Source: Vulcanimicrobiota bacterium
GTDB taxonomy: Bacteria > Vulcanimicrobiota > Vulcanimicrobiia > Vulcanimicrobiales > Vulcanimicrobiaceae
Direction: 5' to 3'
NCBI GenBank assembly: GCA_003135555.1
Contig: PLCF01000014.1
Location: forward strand, 1-64,000
DNA: 64,000 bases
The translations under genes and the position numbers were made by a program. This document shows positions 9,394 to 21,154 of this stretch, one piece after another. Every line of letters begins with the position of its first letter. Position 1 is the first letter of the stretch. Below the pieces are notes generated by a model. It ran no database searches. It was not told the origin of the DNA and worked only from the letters and a program-made list of their open reading frames with translations.

Positions 9394-9737
9394 CCGTGAA
9401 AGACTCCCTTAAACGGCGACAACGTACGACGTTGCCGAGAGCTCGCCCAGCGAGCTCGCCGTGCGATCCAGCGGATCGAACGGACGTACCGGGGCGCGCC
9501 CTCACCCGGTCAGCTCCATACGGCGGACGCAAGCCGTGTGATCACACTAACAGTCTTGTCAAATTGTTGACCGTTCATTCCGGTAAAGGTTGGCACCGCC
9601 CACGAGCGTCCATGCAGACGTCGACGCGCGTTGACGCGTCGACGCGGGCGGCGTCAACGCTCGGGCAGCGGCGGCGGCGGGGCGCGTAGCGCGCCGATCC
9701 CGCAAACCAGCGCCCGCACCAGCTCCACAACCGCGAG

Positions 9738-10490
9738 CTACCGCCCGCCCGACACGTCGAGGATCGCGCCGGTGACGTACGATGACGCCGGCGAGAGCAG
9801 CCACAGCACGGCGGCGGCGACTTCATCCACGGTGCCGGCGCGCTTCATCGGCACCATCGGCGCGACCCGTTCGAGGCGGTCGGGTTGGCCGCCGCGCGCG
9901 TGGATCTCCGTATCGATGAGCCCGGGCGCGACGGCGTTGACGCGCACACCCTCGCCCGCGACCTCCTTGGCAAGGCCGCGGGTCAGCGTGTCGACCGCGG
10001 CCTTCGAGGCGGCGTAATGCACGTACTCGCCCGGCGAGCCCAGGCCGGCGGCGCGCGACGAGACGACCACGATCGAGCCGCCGCTCGCGCCGTGCGCCGA
10101 CGACATGCGCCGCACGCCCTCGCGCGCGCACAGAAACGCCCCCACCACGTTCACGGCCAGCACGCGCTCGAGCGTCTCGGCCTCGAGCTCGTCGACGCGA
10201 CCGAAGCGCCCGGTGATCCCGGCGTTGATCACCAGGCCGTCGAGCCGCCCGAAGGCCTCATCGAACGCCGTGAACGCGGTCAGGACGTCCCGCTCGCGCG
10301 CGACGTCGGCGCGCACCACGAGCGCGCGCCGTCCGGCGGCGCGCACCTCGCCGGCGACCGCTTCGCACGCGTCGCCGTCGGTCGCGTACGTCAGCGCGAC
10401 GTCGTAGCCCGCCGCGCCGGCGGCGCGCGCGACCGCCGCGCCGATCCCGCGGCTGGCGCCGGTCACCAGGACGGCGGGGGCCGGCGTCAT
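9738..10490 (-). CDS. SDR family oxidoreductase
   Basis: TGASRGIG, INAG, YAASK and NAVAPG motifs. Start MTPAP overlaps the upstream stop (ATGA). Confidence 0.92.
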   Translation of the reverse strand: MTPAPAVLVTGASRGIGAAVARAAGAAGYDVALTYATDGDACEAVAGEVRAAGRRALVVRADVARERDVLTAFTAFDEAFGRLDGLVINAGITGRFGRVDELEAETLERVLAVNVVGAFLCAREGVRRMSSAHGASGGSIVVVSSRAAGLGSPGEYVHYAASKAAVDTLTRGLAKEVAGEGVRVNAVAPGLIDTEIHARGGQPDRLERVAPMVPMKRAGTVDEVAAAVLWLLSPASSYVTGAILDVSGGR

Positions 10491-11743
10491 TTCGCGACCG
10501 CGTCGACGTAGGCGATCTTGCGGTCCAGCGACTCGAGCGCTTGCGACCAGGTGTACCGCGCCGCGGTCTGCGCGCCGTGCTCGCGCAGCTCGTCGGCGAC
10601 GTTCTGGTCCTCGAAGAGCGCGCGCAGATAGGTTGCCAGCTCGCGGCCGTCGGCGGTATCGCACACGATCGCGTTGACGAACGGCTCGGCGTACTCTTCA
10701 CCGGTCGCGCCGCAGACCACGATCCCACCCGCGGCCATCACCTCGAGGCCGACCAGGCCGAACGGTTCTTTGCCGCTGTTCGCCAGCACGACGTCCGCTG
10801 CGGCGTAGAGCGCGTACAACGTCGCCTCGTCGAGAAACGCGCGCACGTGCACCACCGGCGTCTCGACAACCGCAAGCCGTGTCGCGAACTCACGCCAATC
10901 CGACCCTTCGTAGTCGAGCCGTGCGACGCCCAGCCGTTTTTCGCGCGCCCGCCCGAAGACGACGTCGCCGTAAGGCTCCTTGCCGCCCCGCACGATCAAG
11001 CGGGCGTCGACGCCGCCGGCGCGCAGCTCGGCGATCGCATCGATCGCCTGAAGCCAATTCTTGTCGGGATCGAAGCGGCCGACCTTGACGCAGGTCGGAC
11101 GGTCCCCGAACGCTTCGCGCAGTGCCGCCGTGCGCTCGGGGTCGGCGCCGTCGAGCAGCGCGGGATCGATCCCGTTGGGGATGACCAGCGCCGCCACGCC
11201 CCACTGCGCGAGCTCGAATTTCATGTACTTGCTCACCGCGGTCACCGCGGCGGCGCGCGTCAGCGTCGGCCAATGGATCTTGTCGAACCCGTACGTGTTG
11301 TTCGCATTCCACATCAGCGTGAGGGCACCGCGAACGCCGCGTTCGCGCGCCCGGCGGTCGATGGCGATCGCGACGTTCGCGGTCTGCCACTCCTCGCAGA
11401 TCACCAGCACGCGCTCGCTGCGCTCGTGCGCGGATGCGATGAGATCGTCGACGATGAACGGCGGGAGGCTGACCTCCCAGTCGTGCACCTTGCCCGCCTC
11501 GCCGTCGTAGGCGTTGCGGGGGTGCTGCGCCGAGATCCACTGAGACCACCGTCGCAGCGTGACGCCGGGATCGCTCTGCTCGATCGGCATGCCGTGCGGA
11601 TCGCCGACGAAGAACAGCTGGACCTCGTGCCCCGCGGCGCCCAGCGCGCGCGCGAGCTGCGTCACGCGCGTGGCGAGACCGCCTATCGACGCGTACCGGT
11701 CCGGCCCCTCGAACGAGAGGATGGCGACCTGATGGGGGATCAT
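10487..11743 (-). CDS. Glycosyltransferase family 4
   Basis: GGLA N-terminal motif, VIPNGID, VGRF..DKN and EPFGLVGLEVMAAG. Confidence 0.88.
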   Translation of the reverse strand: MIPHQVAILSFEGPDRYASIGGLATRVTQLARALGAAGHEVQLFFVGDPHGMPIEQSDPGVTLRRWSQWISAQHPRNAYDGEAGKVHDWEVSLPPFIVDDLIASAHERSERVLVICEEWQTANVAIAIDRRARERGVRGALTLMWNANNTYGFDKIHWPTLTRAAAVTAVSKYMKFELAQWGVAALVIPNGIDPALLDGADPERTAALREAFGDRPTCVKVGRFDPDKNWLQAIDAIAELRAGGVDARLIVRGGKEPYGDVVFGRAREKRLGVARLDYEGSDWREFATRLAVVETPVVHVRAFLDEATLYALYAAADVVLANSGKEPFGLVGLEVMAAGGIVVCGATGEEYAEPFVNAIVCDTADGRELATYLRALFEDQNVADELREHGAQTAARYTWSQALESLDRKIAYVDAVAK

Positions 11744-11758
11744 CGGGTGCTCCTGATG

Positions 11759-12964
11759 CTAGGGTCCGTGCAGCGTGGGCGCCGTTCCGCAGTTCGACGG
11801 CGCGGGCCGGCCGGCAAATCGCGCACCTACCCACTCCAGCGCGTCGCTGAGCGATGCCGGTACCACCGGGCGGTGTCCGAGGCCCGTGTAGACGTCGTAG
11901 CGGACCGTGGCGCCGCCGGCGCACAGCGCCTTGTCGAGCGCGTCGCTCGAGGCTTGCGGAACGGTCGTGTCGGCGCTGCCCTGCGCGATGAAGAGCGGAA
12001 CGCCGGGGCGGAGCGGCCCGGCATCCTGTTGCGCGGCGACGCGCAAGAGGGGCGCCATCACCGCGTCACTGCGAAACGACGCCGCGGGAACCAGACCGCC
12101 CCAGGAATCGGCGCCGTAGAGCGCACCGGAGCATCGGTCGAGCACTTGCGGCACCATCGCGAGCGCGCGGGGAACGAGAATTTGGTCGAGCTTCACGGAC
12201 GGGTCGACCGATGCCGCGGCCTCCATGAAGAGCGCGCCGTAGGCGAACGCCGGCGTCGGCTTGTCGCCTTTCGTCAGCGAGGCGATGAACGGCGAGATGA
12301 ATGCGCCCGGGGCCTCCGCGACGCCGCCCAGCAATTGCAGTTCGGGCGCCCACGCGGACGCCGTCGTGGTCGTGAAGAGCACCGCGTGGCCACCCTGCGA
12401 GTGGCCCATCGCGACCCAGCGCGTCGAAAGCTGCGGCGCGATCTGCCGCGCCGCGCGCACCATGTCGATCGTGTCGCGCGCTTCCGCAACGCCGATCAGA
12501 TACGGATGCACGCCCGGGGTCCCTTGCCCTTGGTAGTCGGTTTGCAGGACCGCGTACCCCGCCTGGACCGCCTTGTCCAACACCACCTCGATCGGCCCGA
12601 GGTAGTCGTGGACGGGCCCGGTCGGCGTGTCCCATGAGGGCGTGCAGGCCGGGGCGTCGCCGGTCGTGCCGTGCGCCCAGCTGATCACCGGCCAGCCGCC
12701 GGCCGGTGGCGTCCCGTTGGGAATCGCGACCGTCCCGGATACCGCGCGATCTTTTCCGTCGACCGCGATCGTGTGGTACAGCACCAGCGTGTTCGAGGCC
12801 GCGTTCGGGAGCGCCTGACTGGTCGAGAAGGGCCGGGCCCAGATCACGGTGCCGTGCGGTGCCGAGGGCATCGGGTTCGGGGGCGTATAAAAAGCGGTTC
12901 CGGCCGGGCCGGCCGCGATGGCAGCCGCGACGACCGTCGCTCCAAGGGACGACAATGCAAGCAT
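11759..12964 (-). CDS. Secreted lipase (LIP-type alpha/beta hydrolase)
   Basis: WAHGTTG, DYQG, GHSQGG, GSADTTV and GLGH motifs. Start placed at MLALSS. Confidence 0.85.
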   Translation of the reverse strand: MLALSSLGATVVAAAIAAGPAGTAFYTPPNPMPSAPHGTVIWARPFSTSQALPNAASNTLVLYHTIAVDGKDRAVSGTVAIPNGTPPAGGWPVISWAHGTTGDAPACTPSWDTPTGPVHDYLGPIEVVLDKAVQAGYAVLQTDYQGQGTPGVHPYLIGVAEARDTIDMVRAARQIAPQLSTRWVAMGHSQGGHAVLFTTTTASAWAPELQLLGGVAEAPGAFISPFIASLTKGDKPTPAFAYGALFMEAAASVDPSVKLDQILVPRALAMVPQVLDRCSGALYGADSWGGLVPAASFRSDAVMAPLLRVAAQQDAGPLRPGVPLFIAQGSADTTVPQASSDALDKALCAGGATVRYDVYTGLGHRPVVPASLSDALEWVGARFAGRPAPSNCGTAPTLHGP

Positions 12965-12975
12965 AGGCGTCTCGA

Positions 12976-13950
12976 CTACGCCAGGACGCCGGCAAATACC
13001 GCCGCGTCGACGTTGCCGCCCGTCAGCACCGCCGCGACCCGCCGGCCCCGCAGAGCCGCGCGCTCCGCGGCGACGGCGGCGACCGCCGCGGCGCCGGCTC
13101 CTTCGGCGACGTTGTGGGCGTCGGTGAAGATCCAGCGCATCGCCTCGCGGATCGCGTCGTCGGAGACCATGACGATGCGCGCGGCACCCGCCCGGATGAC
13201 GCTCAGGGCGGCGTCGTCGGGTGCGCGGACCGCCATCCCGTCGGCGATCGACCGGGCCGCTCCGGTCTCGACGCGTGCGCCGCGGGCGAACGACAGCGCG
13301 TAGGCCGGAAAGCGCTCCGCCGCGACTCCCACGACCTCGGTGCCGAGCCCCAGCAGATCGCGCACCGCGATCGCGCCGCTGATCCCCGAGCCCAGGCCGA
13401 TCGGAACGTAGACGACGTCGAAGGCTCCGGCTGCGAACAGTTCGCGCGCGCACGTCGCGACCCCGACGACGAGGTCGCGGTGGTATGACGGCACCAAGTG
13501 GGCTCGGTCGTCCCCCGCGACGAGCGTTGCCGCATGCGCCAAGGCAGCGTCGAAATCGTCGCCCTGCACGACCAGCTCCGCGCCGAGCGCGCGCATCGCC
13601 GCGTTCTTCTCGGGCGAGTTGCCCTCGGGAACGACGACCGTCACGCGCAACCCGGCACGGGAGCCGGCGAAGGCGATGCTCTGCCCGTGGTTGCCGCGCG
13701 TCGCGCACACCAGCCGCGTCACCCGCGGTTCGCGCGCGCGCAACGCATCGACGTACGTCAGCCCGCCGCGCACCTTGAACGCCCCCAGCGGCGTATGATT
13801 CTCGTGCTTGAGCACCACCTCGACCCCGAGCCGCTCGCACAGCAACGGCCACCGATACGCCGGCGTCGGCGGCACGACGTCGCGAATCAGCACCGCCACA
13901 GCATCGATCTCCGCGAGGGTGAGGTCGAGCGCCGCCGTGCGGGCGATCAT
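12976..13950 (-). CDS. PLP-dependent threonine/serine dehydratase family protein
   Basis: KHEN..P.GAFKVRGG, ATRGNHG, PIGLGSG and LTGGNVD motifs. Confidence 0.88.
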   Translation of the reverse strand: MIARTAALDLTLAEIDAVAVLIRDVVPPTPAYRWPLLCERLGVEVVLKHENHTPLGAFKVRGGLTYVDALRAREPRVTRLVCATRGNHGQSIAFAGSRAGLRVTVVVPEGNSPEKNAAMRALGAELVVQGDDFDAALAHAATLVAGDDRAHLVPSYHRDLVVGVATCARELFAAGAFDVVYVPIGLGSGISGAIAVRDLLGLGTEVVGVAAERFPAYALSFARGARVETGAARSIADGMAVRAPDDAALSVIRAGAARIVMVSDDAIREAMRWIFTDAHNVAEGAGAAAVAAVAAERAALRGRRVAAVLTGGNVDAAVFAGVLA

Positions 13951-13951
13951 C

Positions 13952-16690
<2,739 letters not shown>

Positions 16691-16848
16691 ATCGGACGGC
16701 GTTCGGCGTGCCACGCCTCCCCCGCTCCCGCGCCGGACGGATTCCGAACCGGCGGGCCCGCAGCCGGGCCTCGAAACGGCTCGGTTGGCCGAATAAACTG
16801 CTCGAGCTGCTAGGGGAAGGCTCCCAGCCAACAGAGTAAGCCCCCCGC

Positions 16849-18411
16849 ATGGACACCTTTCGAGATCGTCTGCGCCTTGCCGTCGTCTTGTGTGTGCTAG
16901 CTGCAGCGCCGCTAGCCGGTTCGACAGTTGTCTCCGCGGCCACGCCGTCGGATCAGATCCAAGCCCGGTTGCATGCGCTCCAGGCCCCCTGCGACCGGGC
17001 GGTCGCGTCCGTTCGGGTGGCCTCCGATGCGCTGCCGCGGGCCGAGGCCGGGGCGTCCGCCTCGAGCGCCTATCACGCCAAGGAGCTCATCCGACGCGCC
17101 CGCGACGCGAACGCGCAGTGTCCCGGCAAGCTCAGCGGGCACGAACAGCAGTTGCTCACGGAACGCGCGCTGGTAGATCAGGCCTACCTCAGATCGCTCT
17201 ACCAAACGCACGATGCCAACGCGCTCGTGCTGACCTCCTTGGACATCCAGGCGAACGTGATCCTACGCGATGCCGGCGCCCCGTCATACGGCACGACGTC
17301 GTTCGCGTCGGCCGACAGGCAACTGGCGAGCTGCCGCGACAACACCCGTCTGGAAGCGCGCTTCCGCGAGATCTGCAAGTGGCAGCTCGCGGACAACGTA
17401 CAGACCGAGCAGCACACCGGCGCGACGGACCCGCGCGGCGCCTGCGCCCGCGCGACGAAATTTGCCGACGAGGCCGGCAAAGCGCTGCCGGCCGATATCG
17501 AATCGGCATACGACAAAGCGCACGACGGCCTGGACGAGAACAAACGCTGCACCGCGCGCCAAGACGTGCACGACGTCAACCAAGCGTACTTGCTGTCCTG
17601 GAAAGCGGCGGCGGATCTGCAGTTGGACATCCCAGTCAAGGACGACTCCGACATCATGCGGGATCCGCGCGACCCGGGGAACACCTCGCCGTTTGCGCTC
17701 TCGAACCGTGAGCTGCGAGCGTGCCACGATCGCACCGGCAGCGACCGCGGCCTGACGGCCGAGGTCGCCGACCACTGCGCCAAGCAGCTCGAAACCAACG
17801 CGCGGCTCGAGCGGGAATACCTGAACGTCGAGGTCCCGCCGTCGAGTCTGGCCAAGCCCGGTTGGCAGTTGTTGACGCCGGCGCCGATCGATCCCGCAGC
17901 GTACACGGTCCGGCCGGAGTCGCAGTTCGACTGGACCAAGCCGGTGGGCGGTGAGAACGAGAAGTTTTCCGTCGAGCTGGTTCGCGACGGATCGCTGTGG
18001 CAAGATCCTGGAAGCGCGGTCGTCCGCGCCACGCCGCAGCCGTGGGTGCTGTTCGGTGCAGTGCGGACCTGGCCGGAGTTCAATGCCATGTTCGCGGCGA
18101 CCGGGGCAACAACGCCGGTGACGGCCGATTTCTTCAAGACCCAGATGCTCGTGGTCGCCGTCCAGCGCAAGCCGCGCCAGCACTGCAGGTTCGACTCGGT
18201 CGACGCGTACTCGGTACCGGGCGCCACCGCGACGGTCGTGCCGGCGCTGCGCATCTACTACCGCTACCGCTGCGATCGGCCCAGCCGCATCGCCGCGGGC
18301 CAGCCGGGCTACGGTGGCGAGGCCGCGGTGGCCAACATCTTGGCGCTGCCGCGCAATGCCAGCGGCTCCGTCACGTTCCTCGAGAACGGCGCTTCGATCG
18401 TCCGGCTGTGA
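16849..18411 (+). CDS. Secreted hypothetical protein with two 4-Cys modules
   Basis: Signal peptide, coding-like codon usage and an internal repeat (see findings). Confidence 0.7.
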   Translation: MDTFRDRLRLAVVLCVLAAAPLAGSTVVSAATPSDQIQARLHALQAPCDRAVASVRVASDALPRAEAGASASSAYHAKELIRRARDANAQCPGKLSGHEQQLLTERALVDQAYLRSLYQTHDANALVLTSLDIQANVILRDAGAPSYGTTSFASADRQLASCRDNTRLEARFREICKWQLADNVQTEQHTGATDPRGACARATKFADEAGKALPADIESAYDKAHDGLDENKRCTARQDVHDVNQAYLLSWKAAADLQLDIPVKDDSDIMRDPRDPGNTSPFALSNRELRACHDRTGSDRGLTAEVADHCAKQLETNARLEREYLNVEVPPSSLAKPGWQLLTPAPIDPAAYTVRPESQFDWTKPVGGENEKFSVELVRDGSLWQDPGSAVVRATPQPWVLFGAVRTWPEFNAMFAATGATTPVTADFFKTQMLVVAVQRKPRQHCRFDSVDAYSVPGATATVVPALRIYYRYRCDRPSRIAAGQPGYGGEAAVANILALPRNASGSVTFLENGASIVRL

Positions 18412-18914
18412 CCGCGCCGTCGCACCTTGCGCTGGCCGTTGCCGTCGTGCTCGCGATCGCCGGCGCACTGCCGGCCGCGGCGGCTCCGAGCCCGCCCGAA
18501 GCCTGCACGCGTGCGCTGGCGCTCGAAAAGACGGCGGCAAACGACGCGGTTTCGCGTCAGGCGGCGTACGACGCCGCGGTGGCCGGTCTGGCGGCAAACC
18601 AGGGTTGCCCCGACGCGCAGATGCATCTCGTCAACGAGGCGTATCTGCTCTCGATGCGCGCGCCGGCGGCGCACGATCTGCACATCGGCGATTGGCGGCG
18701 CGATCTGACGCGCGCCAACGACCTGCTGCTGCAATGCGCGAACTGGCCGGGGCTCAAGGGCACCAAGGCGGGGCAAGACTGCGTCACGCAGCGCCAGTAC
18801 AATGGAATCATCGCCAAAGCGTTCACGGCTCCGTCGCCCACGCCCGCGCCCGCACCCCGGGGACCCGCGCCGCCTACGCCGCCGGCGCCCTCTAGCCGGC
18901 CGGCGTCTCGCTGA
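18408..18914 (+). CDS. Secreted hypothetical protein with one 4-Cys module and Pro-rich tail
   Basis: GTGA overlap with the upstream stop, signal peptide, and similarity to the upstream modules (VNEAYLLS vs VNQAYLLS). Confidence 0.7.
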   Translation: MTAPSHLALAVAVVLAIAGALPAAAAPSPPEACTRALALEKTAANDAVSRQAAYDAAVAGLAANQGCPDAQMHLVNEAYLLSMRAPAAHDLHIGDWRRDLTRANDLLLQCANWPGLKGTKAGQDCVTQRQYNGIIAKAFTAPSPTPAPAPRGPAPPTPPAPSSRPASR

Positions 18915-20106
18915 GGGCGACGCGCTCGAAGGTCGTGCGCGGATCCCCGTCGCGGTAGCCCTGCACGCGTAGCACCGACGTGCCGCAGAGCATCTCCCAC
19001 AAGGGTTCGACGACGAGCTGACGCCGCCACGAGGTGAGGTTGACGACGTCGCCGAGCGCCTCGGGCGTCTGCGGAGCCTCGCGCGCGATGCGCTCGAGCG
19101 CCGCCCGCGGCAGCAACAGCGTCGTCGGAAGTTCGTTCTCGGCGCCCAGCGCGCTGACCAAGACGGCCATCGTCGAGACGAGGGCTTCGCGTTGCAGCCC
19201 GAGCGGCTTGGGTGCCCGCGGCGGAAGGTCTTCCTCGGGCAGCGCCTCGCCGCGCCGCACCGCCTCGATGATGCGCTCGCCGATGTTGCGGCGGGTCCCG
19301 GCGTCGATGCGGCGCAGCTGCGAGAGCTCGTCGACGGTTTTCGGCCGCAACGCTACCAGTCCGACCATCACGTCGTCGGGCAGCACGTACTTGAGCGGGA
19401 TGTTGCGCTCCCGCGCGTAGCGGTCGCGCAGTTGCGCGAGCTCGTTGAGGATGCCCAGCTCGCGGCGGTTCATGCGCGCGTTGCCGGAGATGCGCAGGTA
19501 CAGCCGCTTGGGATCGGCGCGATAGGTGTGCAGCTCGACGAGCGACGGCATCTCCTCCTGGGCCCACGACTCGCGACCGCGCGCACGCAACCGTTCGCAC
19601 AAGCGATCTTCGAGGTCGAAGAGATAGCGCACGTCGTCGACGAGGTAGTCGACCTGTTTGGGCGTGAACGGGCGCGTGCTCCAATCGCTCACGGTCTGCG
19701 ACTTGCGCAGGGTGACCCCGCACAGGTCACGGACCAGGTCCAAGAGCGAGATCGACAGACCGTATCCGGCGAATGCCGCCGCGACTTGGGTATCGAACAC
19801 CGCGCGCGGCAACGTCTCGAACGCGTCGGCGAAGATGCGCAAGTCCGAGGACAGCGCGTGCCCGACGATGCGCGCGCCGGCAAGTGCGGCGACGAGCGGT
19901 CGCAGGTCGCGCAGCGCCAGCGGGTCGACCAGCGCCACGCCGTCCTCGAACAGCAGCTGGATCACCATGAGGTGCGGCGTGTACGACTTCTCGGTGTGGA
20001 ACTCGGTGTCGAGCCCGACGCGCTCGGCGCGGGCGATCCGCTCGCTCAGCGCGGCGAGCGCCTCGGCCGTGTCGACCAAGGTGACGGTGTGGTCCGGATG
20101 GTTCAC
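18892..20106 (-). CDS. rnd: Ribonuclease D (DEDD exonuclease plus HRDC)
   Basis: LDTEF, FDTQVAA, SDWSTRP and DDVRYL motifs; C-terminal HRDC-like region. Confidence 0.88.
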   Translation of the reverse strand: MNHPDHTVTLVDTAEALAALSERIARAERVGLDTEFHTEKSYTPHLMVIQLLFEDGVALVDPLALRDLRPLVAALAGARIVGHALSSDLRIFADAFETLPRAVFDTQVAAAFAGYGLSISLLDLVRDLCGVTLRKSQTVSDWSTRPFTPKQVDYLVDDVRYLFDLEDRLCERLRARGRESWAQEEMPSLVELHTYRADPKRLYLRISGNARMNRRELGILNELAQLRDRYARERNIPLKYVLPDDVMVGLVALRPKTVDELSQLRRIDAGTRRNIGERIIEAVRRGEALPEEDLPPRAPKPLGLQREALVSTMAVLVSALGAENELPTTLLLPRAALERIAREAPQTPEALGDVVNLTSWRRQLVVEPLWEMLCGTSVLRVQGYRDGDPRTTFERVALSETPAG

Positions 20107-20783
20107 TGGCGCACCGTCGTGGCGCCGCGAGCGGCGCTAGGAATCGGGTGCGGGTGCGGGCGGCGGCGTGGAATGTGAATGTGGTGTCTCTCCGCATAGG
20201 ACTGCGCCGGTTCGAAGACGTGCGCCTCGAGATAGTCCGACGCCACGGTTCCGAACACGGCCAGGACGGTACAGATCGGGATTGCGATCGCGCACATCGT
20301 ATAGATCTGCCGAAAGATCGGCACGCGCAACGCCGCGGCCGTCTGGGTCGCGATCGTTCCGCCCAGCCCCGGGATGATGCGCACGACGATGAGGAACATC
20401 GGTGACCCGATTTGGAAGTGCCGCGCCCAGGTCGGCAAGCGCTCGACGTTTTTCTTCACGTCGAATGCGTCCGACGTGCGCAGCGCGATGACGTAGCCGA
20501 TCACCGCGGCAAGGACCAGACCGACGGCATTGACGACCGAACCCCATACCGGACCGAACAGCACGCCGTTCATGATCGCCAGCGCATCGGTCACCGAGAA
20601 CGGCGCCGATGCCACGATCGCGAAGACCAGCACGGCCAACGGCATCGCGAACGGTCCTAGGTCAGCGAGCAGATGCTCGACCCAAGGGCGATGCGAAACG
20701 ACGATCGCCGCCAACGCGAACGACGCAAGCAGGATGCCGACGGCCTCCAGGCGTCGCAGCAGCTGGACAATGCGAGGGCTCAC
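20103..20783 (-). CDS. VTT/DedA (SNARE-associated) membrane protein
   Basis: Multiple TM helices, GVLFGPVWG and VRIIPG motifs. Start (GTG, VSPRIV) is uncertain. Confidence 0.7.
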   Translation of the reverse strand: MSPRIVQLLRRLEAVGILLASFALAAIVVSHRPWVEHLLADLGPFAMPLAVLVFAIVASAPFSVTDALAIMNGVLFGPVWGSVVNAVGLVLAAVIGYVIALRTSDAFDVKKNVERLPTWARHFQIGSPMFLIVVRIIPGLGGTIATQTAAALRVPIFRQIYTMCAIAIPICTVLAVFGTVASDYLEAHVFEPAQSYAERHHIHIPRRRPHPHPIPSAARGATTVRQ

Positions 20784-20832
20784 CGAGACGCTGTGTTTTG
20801 CCGGGTGTGGATAAAGCCCCCCAAAACCGGGG

Positions 20833-20861
20833 TTGACCCTGTCCTCGCCCGGGAGTACGAT
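20833..20861 (+). promoter_or_regulatory. Sigma70-type promoter
   Basis: TTGACC-17 nt-TACGAT, pointing into a gene-free interval. Confidence 0.6.
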
Positions 20862-20867
20862 CAACCT

Positions 20868-21132
20868 ACCTCGAGGTACACACATTGACGTACGGGAGGG
20901 CGGCTTGACGTCGCAAGATCCACCCGGGTCCACGGCACCGTCCGGCTGACTGCGCGCCGGCGGTGACGGAACGACAACCAGTTCTAAGCGCAAATCAAAA
21001 TCCGAAGGCAGGAGGGCGGCATCAGCTCGATGACCGAGGATCCACCGAAGGAAGCGACGTCGTAGCGGCCGATTGACCGCGCGACAAGAAAATACAATCG
21101 AAGGGCCACGCCGATTCGGCGTGGCCCTTTCG
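20868..21132 (+). ncRNA. Candidate structured small RNA (family unassigned)
   Basis: Lies between the promoter and a terminator. Long-range pairing of 20903-20914 with 21054-21066, further inner stems, and no ORF longer than about 15 codons with an RBS. Confidence 0.45.
21101..21132. terminator. Probable bidirectional intrinsic terminator
   Basis: 14-bp inverted repeat aagggccacgccga/tcggcgtggccctt with T-containing tails on both strands. Confidence 0.7.
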
Positions 21133-21154
21133 TCATTGGGGCAGCGGTGAATCG

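Noticed and set aside
9520..9540. ggacgcaagcc resembling part of a c-di-GMP-I riboswitch near the GGDEF/EAL operon
   Set aside because: It is on the wrong strand for the operon, and the GGCAAA and GNRA elements are missing.
21036..21060. ccgaaggaagcg resembling SRP RNA domain IV or a glycine riboswitch
   Set aside because: The remaining consensus elements are absent; the region is kept only as an unassigned ncRNA candidate.
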